64,000 nt of DNA, taken from Eledone cirrhosa. Its lineage: Eukaryota. Positions 52,393 to 64,000 of this stretch are shown here, in pieces. The stretch spans positions 50,902,001 through 50,966,000 of the forward strand of contig OZ024740.1 of the NCBI GenBank assembly GCA_964016885.1. Reading direction: 5' to 3'. The notes under the pieces were generated by a model. That model saw nothing but the letters and a program-made list of their open reading frames with translations. It made no database searches and was not told the DNA's origin. The first letter of the stretch is position 1. Every line of letters starts with the position of its first letter. The translations under genes were made by a program, and so were the position numbers.

Positions 52393-53384
52393 GGATGAAA
52401 GGCAAATTGACCTAGGCAGGATTTGAACTAAGAATGTAAAGAGTTATGACTGTGTGGTGTAAAGCATTTTATTCAATACTCTAGTGATACTGCCAACCCA
52501 CTGCCCTTATAAGTTGTAAATAATAAAACAAAACAGAATAAATATTGATGGGAGAAGAAAACAAAACGTTTTGGTGGGCATGTTTTGTTGTAGAGCAGCA
52601 TTTGTGATAGTTATACTTTGTATTAGGTTTTTATGTAATACCATAGGGGCTTCATTGCAACTTGTTTTTCCCTTTTGTCTTTCTCTTAAGTGGAGAGAGG
52701 GAGAGAGATAGGGGAGAGGGGATGAGAGAGAGGGGAGGGGAGAAGGAGAGACTAGAGAATGGTGCAGATTACAAAAGAAATAGAGACAAAGAAAGTCAAA
52801 GAAAGACAAGGAGGCACTAAAAAGTAACAAAAATAAAAAGAATTTAGAAATACATACAGTAGAAATTATATAGAAAAATGAGAGGAAAGATTGGGAAAGA
52901 AAAGAACAAGAAAACAAAGATTAGAAATCTGAAGATACAAGAAAGAGAGAAAAAGAAAAACAAAAGTATAGAACAGATCAAGACAAACAAAAATAAAAAG
53001 ATGGAGAACAAAATAACAGAGAAAGAGAGGGGGAGATGGGGAGGAAAAGAGAAAGATGATATGCCATAGGGAGAATGTTAGCTATTGAACCAATGTTCAT
53101 TTTATATGTACGGATGAACATAATCCCATTGCTCCATAGCTGGGTCTTGCAGCACACACCCTTCTCTAGATGTATAAATATGTAAAGAATCTATCATGTA
53201 CTTATCTCAAATGTAATATGTAAATCCCATCATATTTACAGGCAGTTGTGTTTACATGTTCACATTCATTTCTAGAGAAGTTAACACAGTTCTTGACATG
53301 ATGGTAATATTCTACACACACACATATATATATATATACCAATACATTAATGGAGCCATAGACTCTCGCCGTTCCCTGTAAATA

Positions 53385-53542
53385 ATTGTCTCTACTTTAG
53401 GCACAAGGTCAGCAATTACCCAGTGCATTACTGGTACTTTATTTTATCGACCCCGTAAGGATGAAAGGCAAAGTCAACCTCGGCGGGATTTGAACTCAGA
53501 TCATAAAGGGATGTAACTATGCTGAAAAGCATAGCGTCCGAC
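53385..53542 (-). mobile_element. SINE family A
   Basis: Clear reverse-strand core and B-box. Confidence 0.85.
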
Positions 53543-53577
53543 ATAATGTGCTCAAAGAAGAGGAAATCCTGAGCTCT

Positions 53578-54245
53578 TTAAAATACAATATGTTGAAAAG
53601 GTAACACACTAGAGAGAGATACAGTGCGCTATCAATAAAACAGGGAAAAACCACCAGTGTATGGAATCTATAACCTATGAAAGGCAGAGTATAGACACGA
53701 TAATTAAAAATATAAATTAAAGCGTAAATAAATACCTCTATAACTATATAACGAGAGTCTATGGCTCCGTTAATGTATCGTGATATTTCGCTCCTTATAA
53801 TAGTCTTTCCTCTCTCTCTGTTTGGTTGAGCACACTTCTCTGAGTGGTTTTGGGCTGCCCTTTCTAGCAGCTCGTCCCTCAGAGGCTACTGGTTCACTGC
53901 CCTTAAACACGCTGTGACTTCTCTCTCCCACGTGTAGCTGGACGGTCGCTTTAAAAATTCTCTTAGTGTTGTCTGAAATGTATAGCCTTACACACACTGA
54001 TGAACCGGGGTTATTTCATTTCTGTCAACAACTTACTGGCGAAACAGATCACTTTGGATTTGTACGTGTGTTATATAGTTATAGAGGTATTTATTTACTC
54101 TTTAATTTATATTTTTAATTATCATGTCTATAGTCTGCCTTTCATAGGTTATAGATTCCATACACTGGTGGTTTTTTCCTGTCTTATTGATAGCGCACTG
54201 TATCTCTCTCTAGTGTATTACCTTTTCAACATATTGTATTTTATA
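53578..54245 (+). mobile_element. Non-coding hammerhead-bearing PLE-type terminal repeat with ~170-bp inverted arms
   Basis: 53578-53751 is the reverse complement of 54070-54243; 53341-53368 is near reverse complement of 53752-53779. Confidence 0.7.
53991..54070 (+). ncRNA. Full-length type-I hammerhead ribozyme motif
   Basis: CACACA-CTGATGA-ccgg...ctgg-C-GAAA-CAGATC-actttg-GATTTG-TA-CGTGTG; GUA triplet; one C.A mismatch at the first stem I pair. Confidence 0.75.
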
Positions 54246-54846
54246 TATATATATATAATTCAAGAAATAAGAGTAACATGGTTGACTGTACAATAGGGCT
54301 TTATTCACAGTGCTACACCCTTATTGCACAGACAACCATGTTACTCTTATTTCTTGAATTATTATTACTCCAAGTACTTCAAATATAGATACCTTTTATT
54401 TAATGAAATATATACAAAGGAGATTAATCATTTTAAAAGGTATCTATATTTGAAGTTCTAGTTAAACTTTAATTAGTTACCTACCTAGCTGTGTGTGCTT
54501 ACACACTTTACAAATTATTCCCTGTGATTGTTTCAAATGTTTATTTTATATATATATATATGTCAATCAATTTCTAGTTGATATAAAATGCTTGGATCTA
54601 TTCATTTGAATCTTTGAGCATATTCTACAGTGGATATGGTGCATGTCTCTCAGACATGACACCCTTAATTTAATTTTGGATATATATATATATATATAAT
54701 TTACGTATAGCATGGAGCATATTTGCATAAACACACATGCACCGTGTTGTATTACGACAGTATTGTGTTAACTCAATGTACGAGAACAGAGCCGTTATAT
54801 GTAAAAGAAACCAAAGAACGCTTACATACTCAAACAGTTTTTATTT

Positions 54847-54891
54847 GCTTACAATGTTTCATCCATACCGTTGGGTAGGAATCCTCAGAGC
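54847..54891 (-). ncRNA. Minimal type-I hammerhead ribozyme motif
   Basis: Minus strand: GCT-CTGAGGA-ttcctacc-caac-ggtatggat-GAAA-cattG-TA-AGC. Confidence 0.7.
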
Positions 54892-55090
54892 TTAATAAAC
54901 ACAGTGTTGAATATAAGCGCCATAGAGCCTAGTCACATGAACAATCGGAATGCAAAAAAAGGGTAAAGATAGGGAGATCGGAGATGGCGGACAAGGAGGG
55001 GGTACATGCTGGGGTTGTAAAGCACCACAGCTAAATGCCAGGGCACAAGCGGATTCTACAAGATGCAGATATAATTGATGGCACACAAAA

Positions 55091-55128
<38 letters not shown>

Positions 55129-55327
55129 TAGATAGTAACATGTACTTGTGCCGTATTTGACTAAATAGAATTAGTCTGTTAGTTGGGATTTTAAAATTAC
55201 TACCTAATTTTCAAATTCGCTAGCCGTTTGTACACAGAGCCTGATTTGTGTCTCCCTATTTATATACATATATATATACCTGCTATGGTTATATAGCTTC
55301 TAATTGAATGGAAGGTAGTACATGGGT

Positions 55328-55398
55328 GGCGTGTTGGTGTAATGGTAACACATTGTTCCGGAAAACCAAAGATGTGGGTTCATGTCCCATGTACGTCA
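55328..55398 (+). pseudogene. tRNA-like sequence (tRNA pseudogene or isolated SINE head)
   Basis: Cloverleaf by eye: D arm GTGT/ACAC, T arm GTGGG-TTCATGT-CCCAT, loop CCGGAAA; wobble-rich acceptor stem. Confidence 0.55.
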
Positions 55399-56229
55399 AT
55401 ACTCATTATAACATAGGTTAGAAGGGTTGTCTCATTAGAGGCAAGTTGGGTCAGGTGACTTTGTTTTGCTTATATAAACTGTTTCTGGCTAGGTTTCTAT
55501 GGCTGGATGCCCTTCCTGATGCCAACCACATTTGTAGTGTGTAACTCCTACACAACCATTTTACAGTATGGACTGGATGCTTTTTTGTTGTGACACCCAC
55601 ACGACCACTTTACAGTGTGAACTAGGTGCTTTTTGTCGTGACACTTGCACAACCACTTTACAGTGTGAGCCGGATATTTTTCTGTTGTGAGACCAACACA
55701 ACTTTACAAATTTTGTATATCTAAAGTTATCTAAAGATATCTAAAGATATACAGTGTGTTTAATAAATAAACATTTTGAAAATCCAGCTATAAATATTGA
55801 AAGGCTGACAGCCAGCGCTATCTAGTGGACTCCAGCAGAAGCAGTGAGGGATAACTATCTATGCACATTTGAAGCTAATGGCTCTCATCTGGACAGTGCT
55901 TCCCTGCTACTCTCTGCTGGAAGTTGAAAACAGGTGAGAATATATAGTATTTTCGCCTGTGTAGATGGGATGATTAGCCACATTTGCATACAAAGTTGTA
56001 TAAGTTGGCTCAACTTAAAAGTAGAATTAAAATTTAGCTTCTACATAGCTGTATGTGAATTTTGTATATCTAAAGATATATGGCATGTTTAAAAAATAAA
56101 CGTTTTGAAAGCCCAGCTATGTTGAAGCTAAATTTAGAAAGATATATATGAGTGTGTGTGTGTGTGTGTGTGCATGCATGTATGTATATAATGTTGATAG
56201 ATACTTCTCAATATTAGTATCAATGAGGC

Positions 56230-56760
56230 ACCATTTTCATGCAAATTCTATAAGAGTTCCCAATAAAATTAATATAACATCAAATCACATTAAACTCATA
56301 GATAAAATATTATGAAACCTGCCAAAAATATTGATGAAATGGTAATTGAAAATAAACCTAGTATGTATATTGGATACATAAAACTATGTCTCTAGCTGCC
56401 ACATAATTTTAAACATATACACTCAAGTAATGTCTTCATGAGCCAAGCAAAGAAGAGAACATCTAATTAAAAATTACATTTTAGACAGCAAAGATTAGAA
56501 CATATTGTTGAAATGTTGCTACTAAAATTGAAGGAAAGAGTTCAATAAGGATTTAAATATGAATTGGAACAATAACAGTTATGAAATGAAATGGGAAATG
56601 TTAGAGCTGAGTCAGTGTATGCATAAATGGCATCAGACAATGTAATTTAAGCAGAGTGGAGAATATTGTATAGAATTAAAGGTTCATTAAAGTATTGACA
56701 TGCCAGATCAGAGCTTTTAGCAGATGTCACGACTTTTGTAAGTTTCTATTGAAATTTTGA
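56230..56760 (+). mobile_element. Very decayed PLE GIY-YIG fragment
   Basis: MYIG, KWEML, GIRQCNL..E remnants in the same order as ORF 60287. Confidence 0.4.
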
Positions 56761-57803
56761 AATCCCATTTCCTACTTCCAAAAGGGTAATTTAAATGACT
56801 ATATGTGTGTATATTGGTGTTGTCTGCTGGTCCTTATAACAAATAACTATTTTAATGAAACTTTAATTAAAGTTGCAACTAGTCAAGGAGAAAAAATATA
56901 TCATATATTTCATTCTGCTTTGTATTCTTTCTTCTTGACTACAGCATGATCTGGTAGCACGCTGTTCTTTGTTGTTGTTGTTGTTTTTTACAGTATCCAC
57001 ATTACATATTTTCAATACATTTGCGGGCCACATATGGTTGTTTGGCTGACTATCTACTGGTCATAGGTTTTCCCACTTAGAGCTGATATGAAGCTACACA
57101 AAAACAACTTGGACTGAAAATCTTTAATTCCAAACCCTTTGTCAAATATCCATCTTTTTCTTATCTTATCTACTACAACAATAAAGACATCTGCACTTTA
57201 AAACATACCATCTGTGCAACAACATCTATTCAAATATTACTGTTACACCAGTTTATCTATTTTCAATGCTTCTCATTCGTGTTTTTACGCCATCTTTTTA
57301 ACCTTTTAATTCTCCAGAAGAAAAAGTGTTTTAACAATTCTCACATTTGTTTTTTATCTTAGCCATTGCTTCTTGGAATCATCATCTCAAGTAAAACTAC
57401 ACTGTTTATTTCCTGCATTTACTTACAGCTGTTAAATAATATATCTGCTATCTATTGCAAATCAAGAATCATCCTACATATTGGTGTTTCTATGTAAGCT
57501 TCTAAAGAGAAAATGAAAGGGGGGTGGGGTGGTAAGAATGTGGCATGGGAGTGGGGGCTGCCTGCTAACAGAAATTTTGCCATTTCAGATTGCATGTGAC
57601 CTGATGATTAAATCTGGTTGGATGCTTTACTGTTGTTTATAACTTAGTAAAAAAAAAAAAGGATTAGGTGCCTATGTCTACTGAGATCACTGCAGTTGAT
57701 GTATAAATTGAACAAGGTCAAGGTCAAGATCTGCATGAAAATACGAGAAGGGAGTTTCAGAGTTTGGGAATTAAGGTTAAGTGTAGAGTCTCTGAGGTGA
57801 GAC

Positions 57804-57965
57804 CAGGGCTGGATTAACCATTAAACAAAATAACTACATGCTCAAGGCATCAAAGAAAGGGGCACCATATTATTCAAATTAAATATATTTGCCATGCCTT
57901 CCCAAACATTATTTGCAGGCTTTATATATAGGAAGGCACCATGTTTTCAGTGCATAGGGCTCTGG
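57804..57965 (+). mobile_element. hAT-type MITE remnant
   Basis: cagggctggattaa start resembles the 44259 TIR; right end unclear. Confidence 0.4.
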
Positions 57966-58592
57966 GTGAGACACAGTAAGAGTAGAGGGAGCAAAAGAGA
58001 TGGGTGTGCAAAGTGAAGATCATGCAGCTAGTTAGTTTAGAGGAGCAGATGATGTTGTAGTAGAAGTAGAGAGAAGAAGGAAACAGCATGTATTGCTAAG
58101 CAAGTGGCTGTGGCATAATTGTGAGTGAATCTTGACTAATCTGTCAGAAGGACTCCTTTTGAATATGGTCTATCACATGTGTGTGTATAGATGTATATAT
58201 GATCAATACACCAATATGAATTGTACTTAAACTTTGTAGAAGGTCAGCAACTGATAAAGGTTGAGATATTTTCTGATCCTAAAGGAGAAGCCTAGTTTTT
58301 ATTATACTGCTTTCGCAATGTTATATTTGTGAGGTTGATATAAGTGATCTTTAGAAAGAGAGATATTTTATGTTGCATTTGTAGAAATAGTATATGGTTC
58401 TGATACACAATCTTTTTCAGAAGGTGGTCCACAAATTTCATGAGGAAAACTTAAATATGTTTATGTATAATAAACATATATAAATTTCACTATGAGTGTT
58501 TTAAGCTGTGATCATGTCACATCTATCTATCTCAGTAGCTGTGCGAGAATGTCAGACACCAGTGATTTAGGATTTCTAATATATATATATAC

Positions 58593-59876
58593 TAGACTAA
58601 AGTTCTAGTATGTAGGAAGGAAAATAGGGCACAGGTCCCCTCTGGGAAATGGCCATGCTCAGTGTGTAGGAAAAGAGTAGGCAGAAATTCCATTTTATGT
58701 CCCAAATGCAAAGTATGGGTGCATAAAAGATGTAGTGGGATCACAGGTAAGCTATCTAAGAACGTAGATTTTATATGAGGCTGGTGCTCAGGTGCAATAA
58801 GTAGCAAATGCCCACAGGATACTAGCTTCTTCTATTGCCCAGATGGTTCTATAGAAATAGTGGACACCTTCTGTTACCTGGGTGACAAAATCAGCAGTGG
58901 TGGAGGGTGCTCTGAAAGTACAGTAGCTAGAGTCAGAATGGGATGGAAAAGGTCCAGAGAGCTTATACCACTATTGGCCACTAAAGGTTTCTCTCTAAAA
59001 ATGAAAGGCAGACTGTATGATGCCTGCATACGAACAGCAATGTTACATGGCAGTGAGACTTGGGCATTGTGTGCAGTGGATCTGCACAGACTGGAAAGGA
59101 ACGAAGCTTGCATGCTCCGCTGGATGTGTAATAGTAATATACGTGAACGGTAAAGCATAAATGAACTAAGTGAGAAATTAGGAATAAGAGGGATCACATG
59201 CTGTTTACTCGAAAGAAGACTACGTTGGTATGGTCACGTGATGCGCATGAAAGACGACAGCTGTATAAAAAAGTACAGGGCGATCAAAATTGATGGAAGT
59301 TACGGAGTAGGCAGACCCAGAAAAACCTGGGACGATTTGATAAATTCCGACCTTACACACTTACACCTGTCTAAAACAATGTCACTGGACTGAGATCTTT
59401 GGTGCTACACAGTAATACAAAAGACCCACCTTGCCTACGTACAAAGCAAAACCTACAATCAGTAGGCACCTCTTAATCAAATATACACCTCCATCCCACT
59501 ACCCCTCCTCCACCCCCACCGCCATCAACACCACCCCTTTCTCTGTAAAGTTATGTTGGTACCACAACATCCAGTCCTAAATAAATGAGGTCGTGTAGGT
59601 GTCACGACAAAAAACACAGTCGACGCTGTAATGTGGCCATGTAGGTAACACGATAAAAACCTCCCAGACCACACTGTAAACGTGGTTGGTGTTAGGAGGG
59701 GCATCCTTCAAAGTGGTCATGGAGGTGCCATGGCAAAAAAGCACCCAGCACTCACTGTAAATGAGGTTGGTGTTAGGAAGGGCATCCAGCTGTAGAAATC
59801 AAGCCAGAATCAGTTCCCGTCCCACCCTTGCAAGCAGGGAAAAGTGGACGTAAAAAAAAATGATGATGATGATGAT
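58593..59876 (+). mobile_element. RTE-clade LINE 3' part ending in a SINE family B 3' half
   Basis: YLGDKISSGGGCSESTVARVR...GSETW; switches to SINE B sequence at ~59707. Confidence 0.88.
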
Positions 59877-59897
59877 ACATATATATACATATATATA

Positions 59898-60085
59898 TCA
59901 TCATCATCATCATCATCATCGTTTAACGTCCATGTTCCATGCTTGCATGGGTTTGGACGGGAGTTTTCCTACTTGAGGCAAGAGTGGTTGTCTTGCTCGC
60001 ATAGGACTGTCTGGCGGGTTTTCTACAGCTGGATACCCTTCCTAACACCAACCACATTTACAGTGTGGGACCAACCACATTTACA
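59898..60085 (-). mobile_element. RTE 3' tail fragment
   Basis: Reverse complement of ~17290-17461. Confidence 0.8.
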
Positions 60086-60147
<62 letters not shown>

Positions 60148-60200
60148 CTCTCTAAGTCAATGTCACTGAACTGAGATCTTTGGTGCTACACAGTAATACT

Positions 60201-62147
60201 AGAAACCGAATGATACGCTTAATTACATAAGTAAGCATTCTAACCATCCTGCCAGCATAACCAAGAATCTGGTAAGAAACGTTTCTTTGAGGCTTTCCCG
60301 TCTATCTACTAACGAGCATATTTTCAACGACCATTCCACATATTACAATGAAGCTTTTGCTCGGAGTCGATTTGTCGATAACGTAGTATATACAGAGTAC
60401 GAGAATAGACCTAGAAGAAATAGATCCCGACGCAGTATATGGTATAACCCACCATATAATATGGAGGTGGCCACACCATTAGCTAAGATCTTTCTCTCCC
60501 TTATTATCAAGCATTTTCCCCCTACACATAAATATAGTAAAATTTTTAATAGAAATACTATTAAAATTTCTTACTCTATGACTCCTAACCTTGCACATAA
60601 CATCACAGCTTCAAATTTAGCTAAACTACCTAGCCGTAGGAACACGTGCAGCCCTGTAGTTAGTACTAACTGTAATTGTAGGAATCGGGTTGACTGCCCC
60701 CTATCCGGGAAATGTCTCTCTAGTAACATTGTCTACAAATGTAAGGTTGAAACACCCACGTCCCGTAGGGCCTACATAGGGTTAACCGCCAATAGATTCA
60801 AGCAGCGTCTTTACATGCACACCCATTCTTTTCGTTACCCTTTAAGAAGGAATATGACGTCACTTTCAGCAACCACACCCAATATAAGTTACTGGGAGAT
60901 CCTAGCTAGGGCTAGATCGTATAACGGAAATAAAAGACCATGTGACCTCTGCGCCGCTGAAGCCCTGGAAATACTCTACATCAAAGACCACATCTTAAAC
61001 AAAAAATCTGAGGCAATTTCGGCTTGTAAACATAAATTGCACAAAACTTTCCTGTATTACAGCCCCACATTATACCCTAACGGATAGTACGAACTATACG
61101 CGGATATTTTAGGTCTTGATGTGGTAGCTAAGCATATGTTATGTTTATACCATTACTTATTTGTATAGGTAAGTATATATTACCTGTATGTTTTGTGAAG
61201 GCACGTATACTTTCTCGTACGTATATTTGATTGTATATGTTATGGCGTATATATTATATATTCTGGTACATATGCTTTTGATTATGTGTATACATGAGTT
61301 TTGCGTTTGTGTGCGCTTGTTATATACGTATTTATTTATTTATATATGTTTATTTAATTATATGTATACACGCACACATATATATATATATTTTTTTAAA
61401 TATATATTTTTATGTGTACTTGGTGTATACATTCGTATGCATGCAGGTACAGGCGTTGCGTGGGTTCTGTAAGTGCGTGCAGGTTTTTTTGTTTTTTTTC
61501 TTTTGTGTACGTGCATGTATTTGTATACCTATGGCGAGTGTTTTCGCGTATGCTTGTGTATGTACGTTTATGGATGCGTGTATTTATTTATTTATTTCAA
61601 TTACCTCTGTATTTTATTTACTTTATTCTTAACTCTGAAGTCAAGAATCATTCAGTTTCCTAGTTAGAATTCTTGTCTACGACTTCAGTTATACCATTTA
61701 CGTGGTTTTGTCTTTGCCTGCAATTGTTCTCCCCACTCCACATATGACGTATTTTCTTCGTTTTTTCCGTTCATTGCCAGAGAACGTCTCTATGAACCAC
61801 CTAATAGAATATTAGTCTACGACTTCTTTTATACCATAAATGTGGTTTTGTCTTTGCGTGTAATTGTTTTTCACCGCTCCAAATAATGACGTATTATATT
61901 CAAACCAAAGTATCGTCTTCCTGTCTTCCTCCGGTTGCAACGTTTTTTGAAATATTGACTTCTGCGTTCACAGATTGACTTAGTTAGTTTCAGAAGATCC
62001 CATTAAGGATGAAAACAGTGATTCTTTGCTTAAACTTTAATCTGTTATTTTAATAAATATTTGCTCTACGGTTCTTATATATTTGATATATATTTATCCT
62101 TATCGAGCCCTCTTTGGATTTTAGTCTTCAAATTTATTATTATTAAT
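60201..62147 (+). mobile_element. 5'-truncated Penelope-like element (Naiad-like): RT thumb, Cys linker, GIY-YIG endonuclease, pseudo-LTR
   Basis: KPNDTLNYISKHSNHP; ORF 60287-61087: IWYNPPY, CNCRNRVDCPLSGKC, NIVYKC...AYIGLT..RFKQR..H, CDLC..E. Confidence 0.9.
61970..62045 (+). ncRNA. Type-I hammerhead-like motif with CAGAAGA core
   Basis: Homologue of 15389-15464 with a few transitions in stems II and III. Confidence 0.55.
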
Positions 62148-63871
62148 ATATATATATATATAATAGCATAGTAGTAAGTGCTACAAGAGCAAAACAGATG
62201 CTATAGAAAGAAGCAATTACAGAAACATCAAACTAATGGACCAAATTATGCAAGTAAGAGAAAGAATTATAGTACAGCTAATTAGGAAGAAACTTAGCTT
62301 AGATGAGTTGCAGTTTGAGATTGTTCCAGGATATGAACCATTGATGCGTTCTTCCTACAGAAGTTCTGCAGGAAAAAACAACCCACTATACTAGCATTTA
62401 TTGACTTGGAGAAGTTCTTTGATTGGCTAGTTTGCTTTCCAGTTTTATAATCAATAAGAATACTAGGTTTAGAAGAATGACATGTAAGAGCTGTGAAAGC
62501 CATGTAGAAAAAAATTATTTGAAAATAAAATCATATGCTACATCATTATTGTGTTACTTCCATTTTCCATGATGGCATGGGTTGGGTGAGTTGTCGTGGT
62601 CTGAAATTAGACAGGATGCCCTTCCTAACACCAACCACTTTACAGAGAGGGTGCATTTTATTGTGATACCAGCACTGTCACATACAGAATGTACTGTGCG
62701 CATTTTATCATAGTACCGGCACTACCACTTTGTAAAGTGGTACTGAATTGGGTGCATTTTATCATAGCACTATCACTGGAGCAAATATTGTGCCCTCGAC
62801 AGAACAGAGAGACAGATAGACAGATAGATAGAGAAAGGGAAAGATAGAGACAGAGAGAGTGATAGTAATAAAGAAGAAGGAGGAGAGTATGACAGAAGTG
62901 ACACTGCAGGGAGAAGAAATAGTAACTTTATATAAGTTGGTGAAAAAGGGATAAAAAGTAAGAGAGAAAGAGAGGGAAAGAAAGCAAGTGAAAACAAGTG
63001 TTAAGTAGTTGAAATAGCTTTGAAGAGTGGGAGAATGATGACTGATAGCTGAAAGGGAGTTTCTGGTTGTTACTGGAAAATTTAACTTTTCTATTATTAT
63101 TCCTTTTTTTCTGAATAATACAACCTAATGATCAAAATAGTTATGCAGTTCTAGATTTGAAAGTCATATTATACTATGGCCTATGTATAAATTATGACCT
63201 AACAAGACCTGACAATACTCTTATATATGGGTCCCTGCTTGATGACATCAGTTAAATAAGGTTTGGGTTTTTATAATAAAACAGATAGAACAGAAATAGT
63301 TATGTTACTATTAACATATGTCTATAAGTAGACTTAAATAGTCGGGGGAAAACAATATTAGTCATTGACAAATAGTACTTTATTTCAACAAGGGAACTAA
63401 CTCAAGACATGTTTTGGTCTTTTTATGACCTCATCAGCAAAGCATATTCGCAGAACAACTTCCATGTTGAAATTATTTCTCATATAATATTAATAGCTTT
63501 ATTAAATTTTAGACTAAATGCTATGCTGGAAATAGTAGCTAAATTTATTCCATCGAATTTTGCTGCTCCTTGACAAATTTGTGAACTTGTTTATAGGTAA
63601 TAAATTTATTTAAAAAAAACAAAATTGTCATCAGCACAGAAAAAAAAGAAAAAGCAAATATACAATAAGAGAGTAAAGGCACAGTTAAAATTGTCACACT
63701 GTCAATAGAATTTATGTAAATCCTTCAATGAAAAAAAAAAGATTAAATTAATGATTTTAAAAAGAAAAGGAATCCCACCCGGAATATAGAATTACTAGGA
63801 AGAGATAGGGCAGGATTAATATTTCCCACAAAGTTGGAAATTATTATTGTTGTCAATTTGACTAACATATA

Positions 63872-64000
63872 TACGAGGGTGGCCTGAAAAGTTCATAGGT
63901 TGACTATGAAAGAGTGATACTAAAACTGTGAAACGTACATTAATTTCAACTCTTCTTATCAATAACTGCATTGTTTCTTTCCAAGGACTATGCTGAAAAA
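63872..64000. mobile_element. mariner-type MITE (runs off window end)
   Basis: TA-cgagggtggcctgaaaagttcatagg; reverse homologue of 5800-6000. Confidence 0.75.

Noticed and set aside
60287-61900. Selenoprotein-type Naiad (in-frame UGA plus SECIS)
   Set aside because: Cys positions here and at 23604 use TGT/TGC; the ATGA motifs in the 3' repeats lack the apical AA and opposing GA of a SECIS
63400-63443. Minus-strand CTGATGA-GGTC/GACC-AAAA-CATGTC hammerhead
   Set aside because: G12 is lost and no stem I pairing is found; at best a dead relic

Overview
AT-rich, microsatellite-laden eukaryotic DNA; the repeat repertoire suggests an octopus/cephalopod genome (inference). No intact host gene can be supported. 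The window is a nested transposon graveyard: a Dong/R4-clade LINE, many RTE-clade copies, CR1 LINEs, L1/Tx1 fragments, two DD37D (maT) Tc1/mariner elements, piggyBac/hAT/mariner MITEs, two non-autonomous Helitrons, a solo LTR and two tRNA-derived SINE families. The most striking signal is at the RNA level: about ten type-I hammerhead-ribozyme motifs, folded by eye, from several unrelated Penelope-like element (PLE) families. They include a U3-A8 covariant core and a U4A core shared by three copies, and several sit in large inverted-repeat structures. A perfect 26 x 21-bp array has expanded inside a decayed SINE. Boundaries of decayed elements are approximate.
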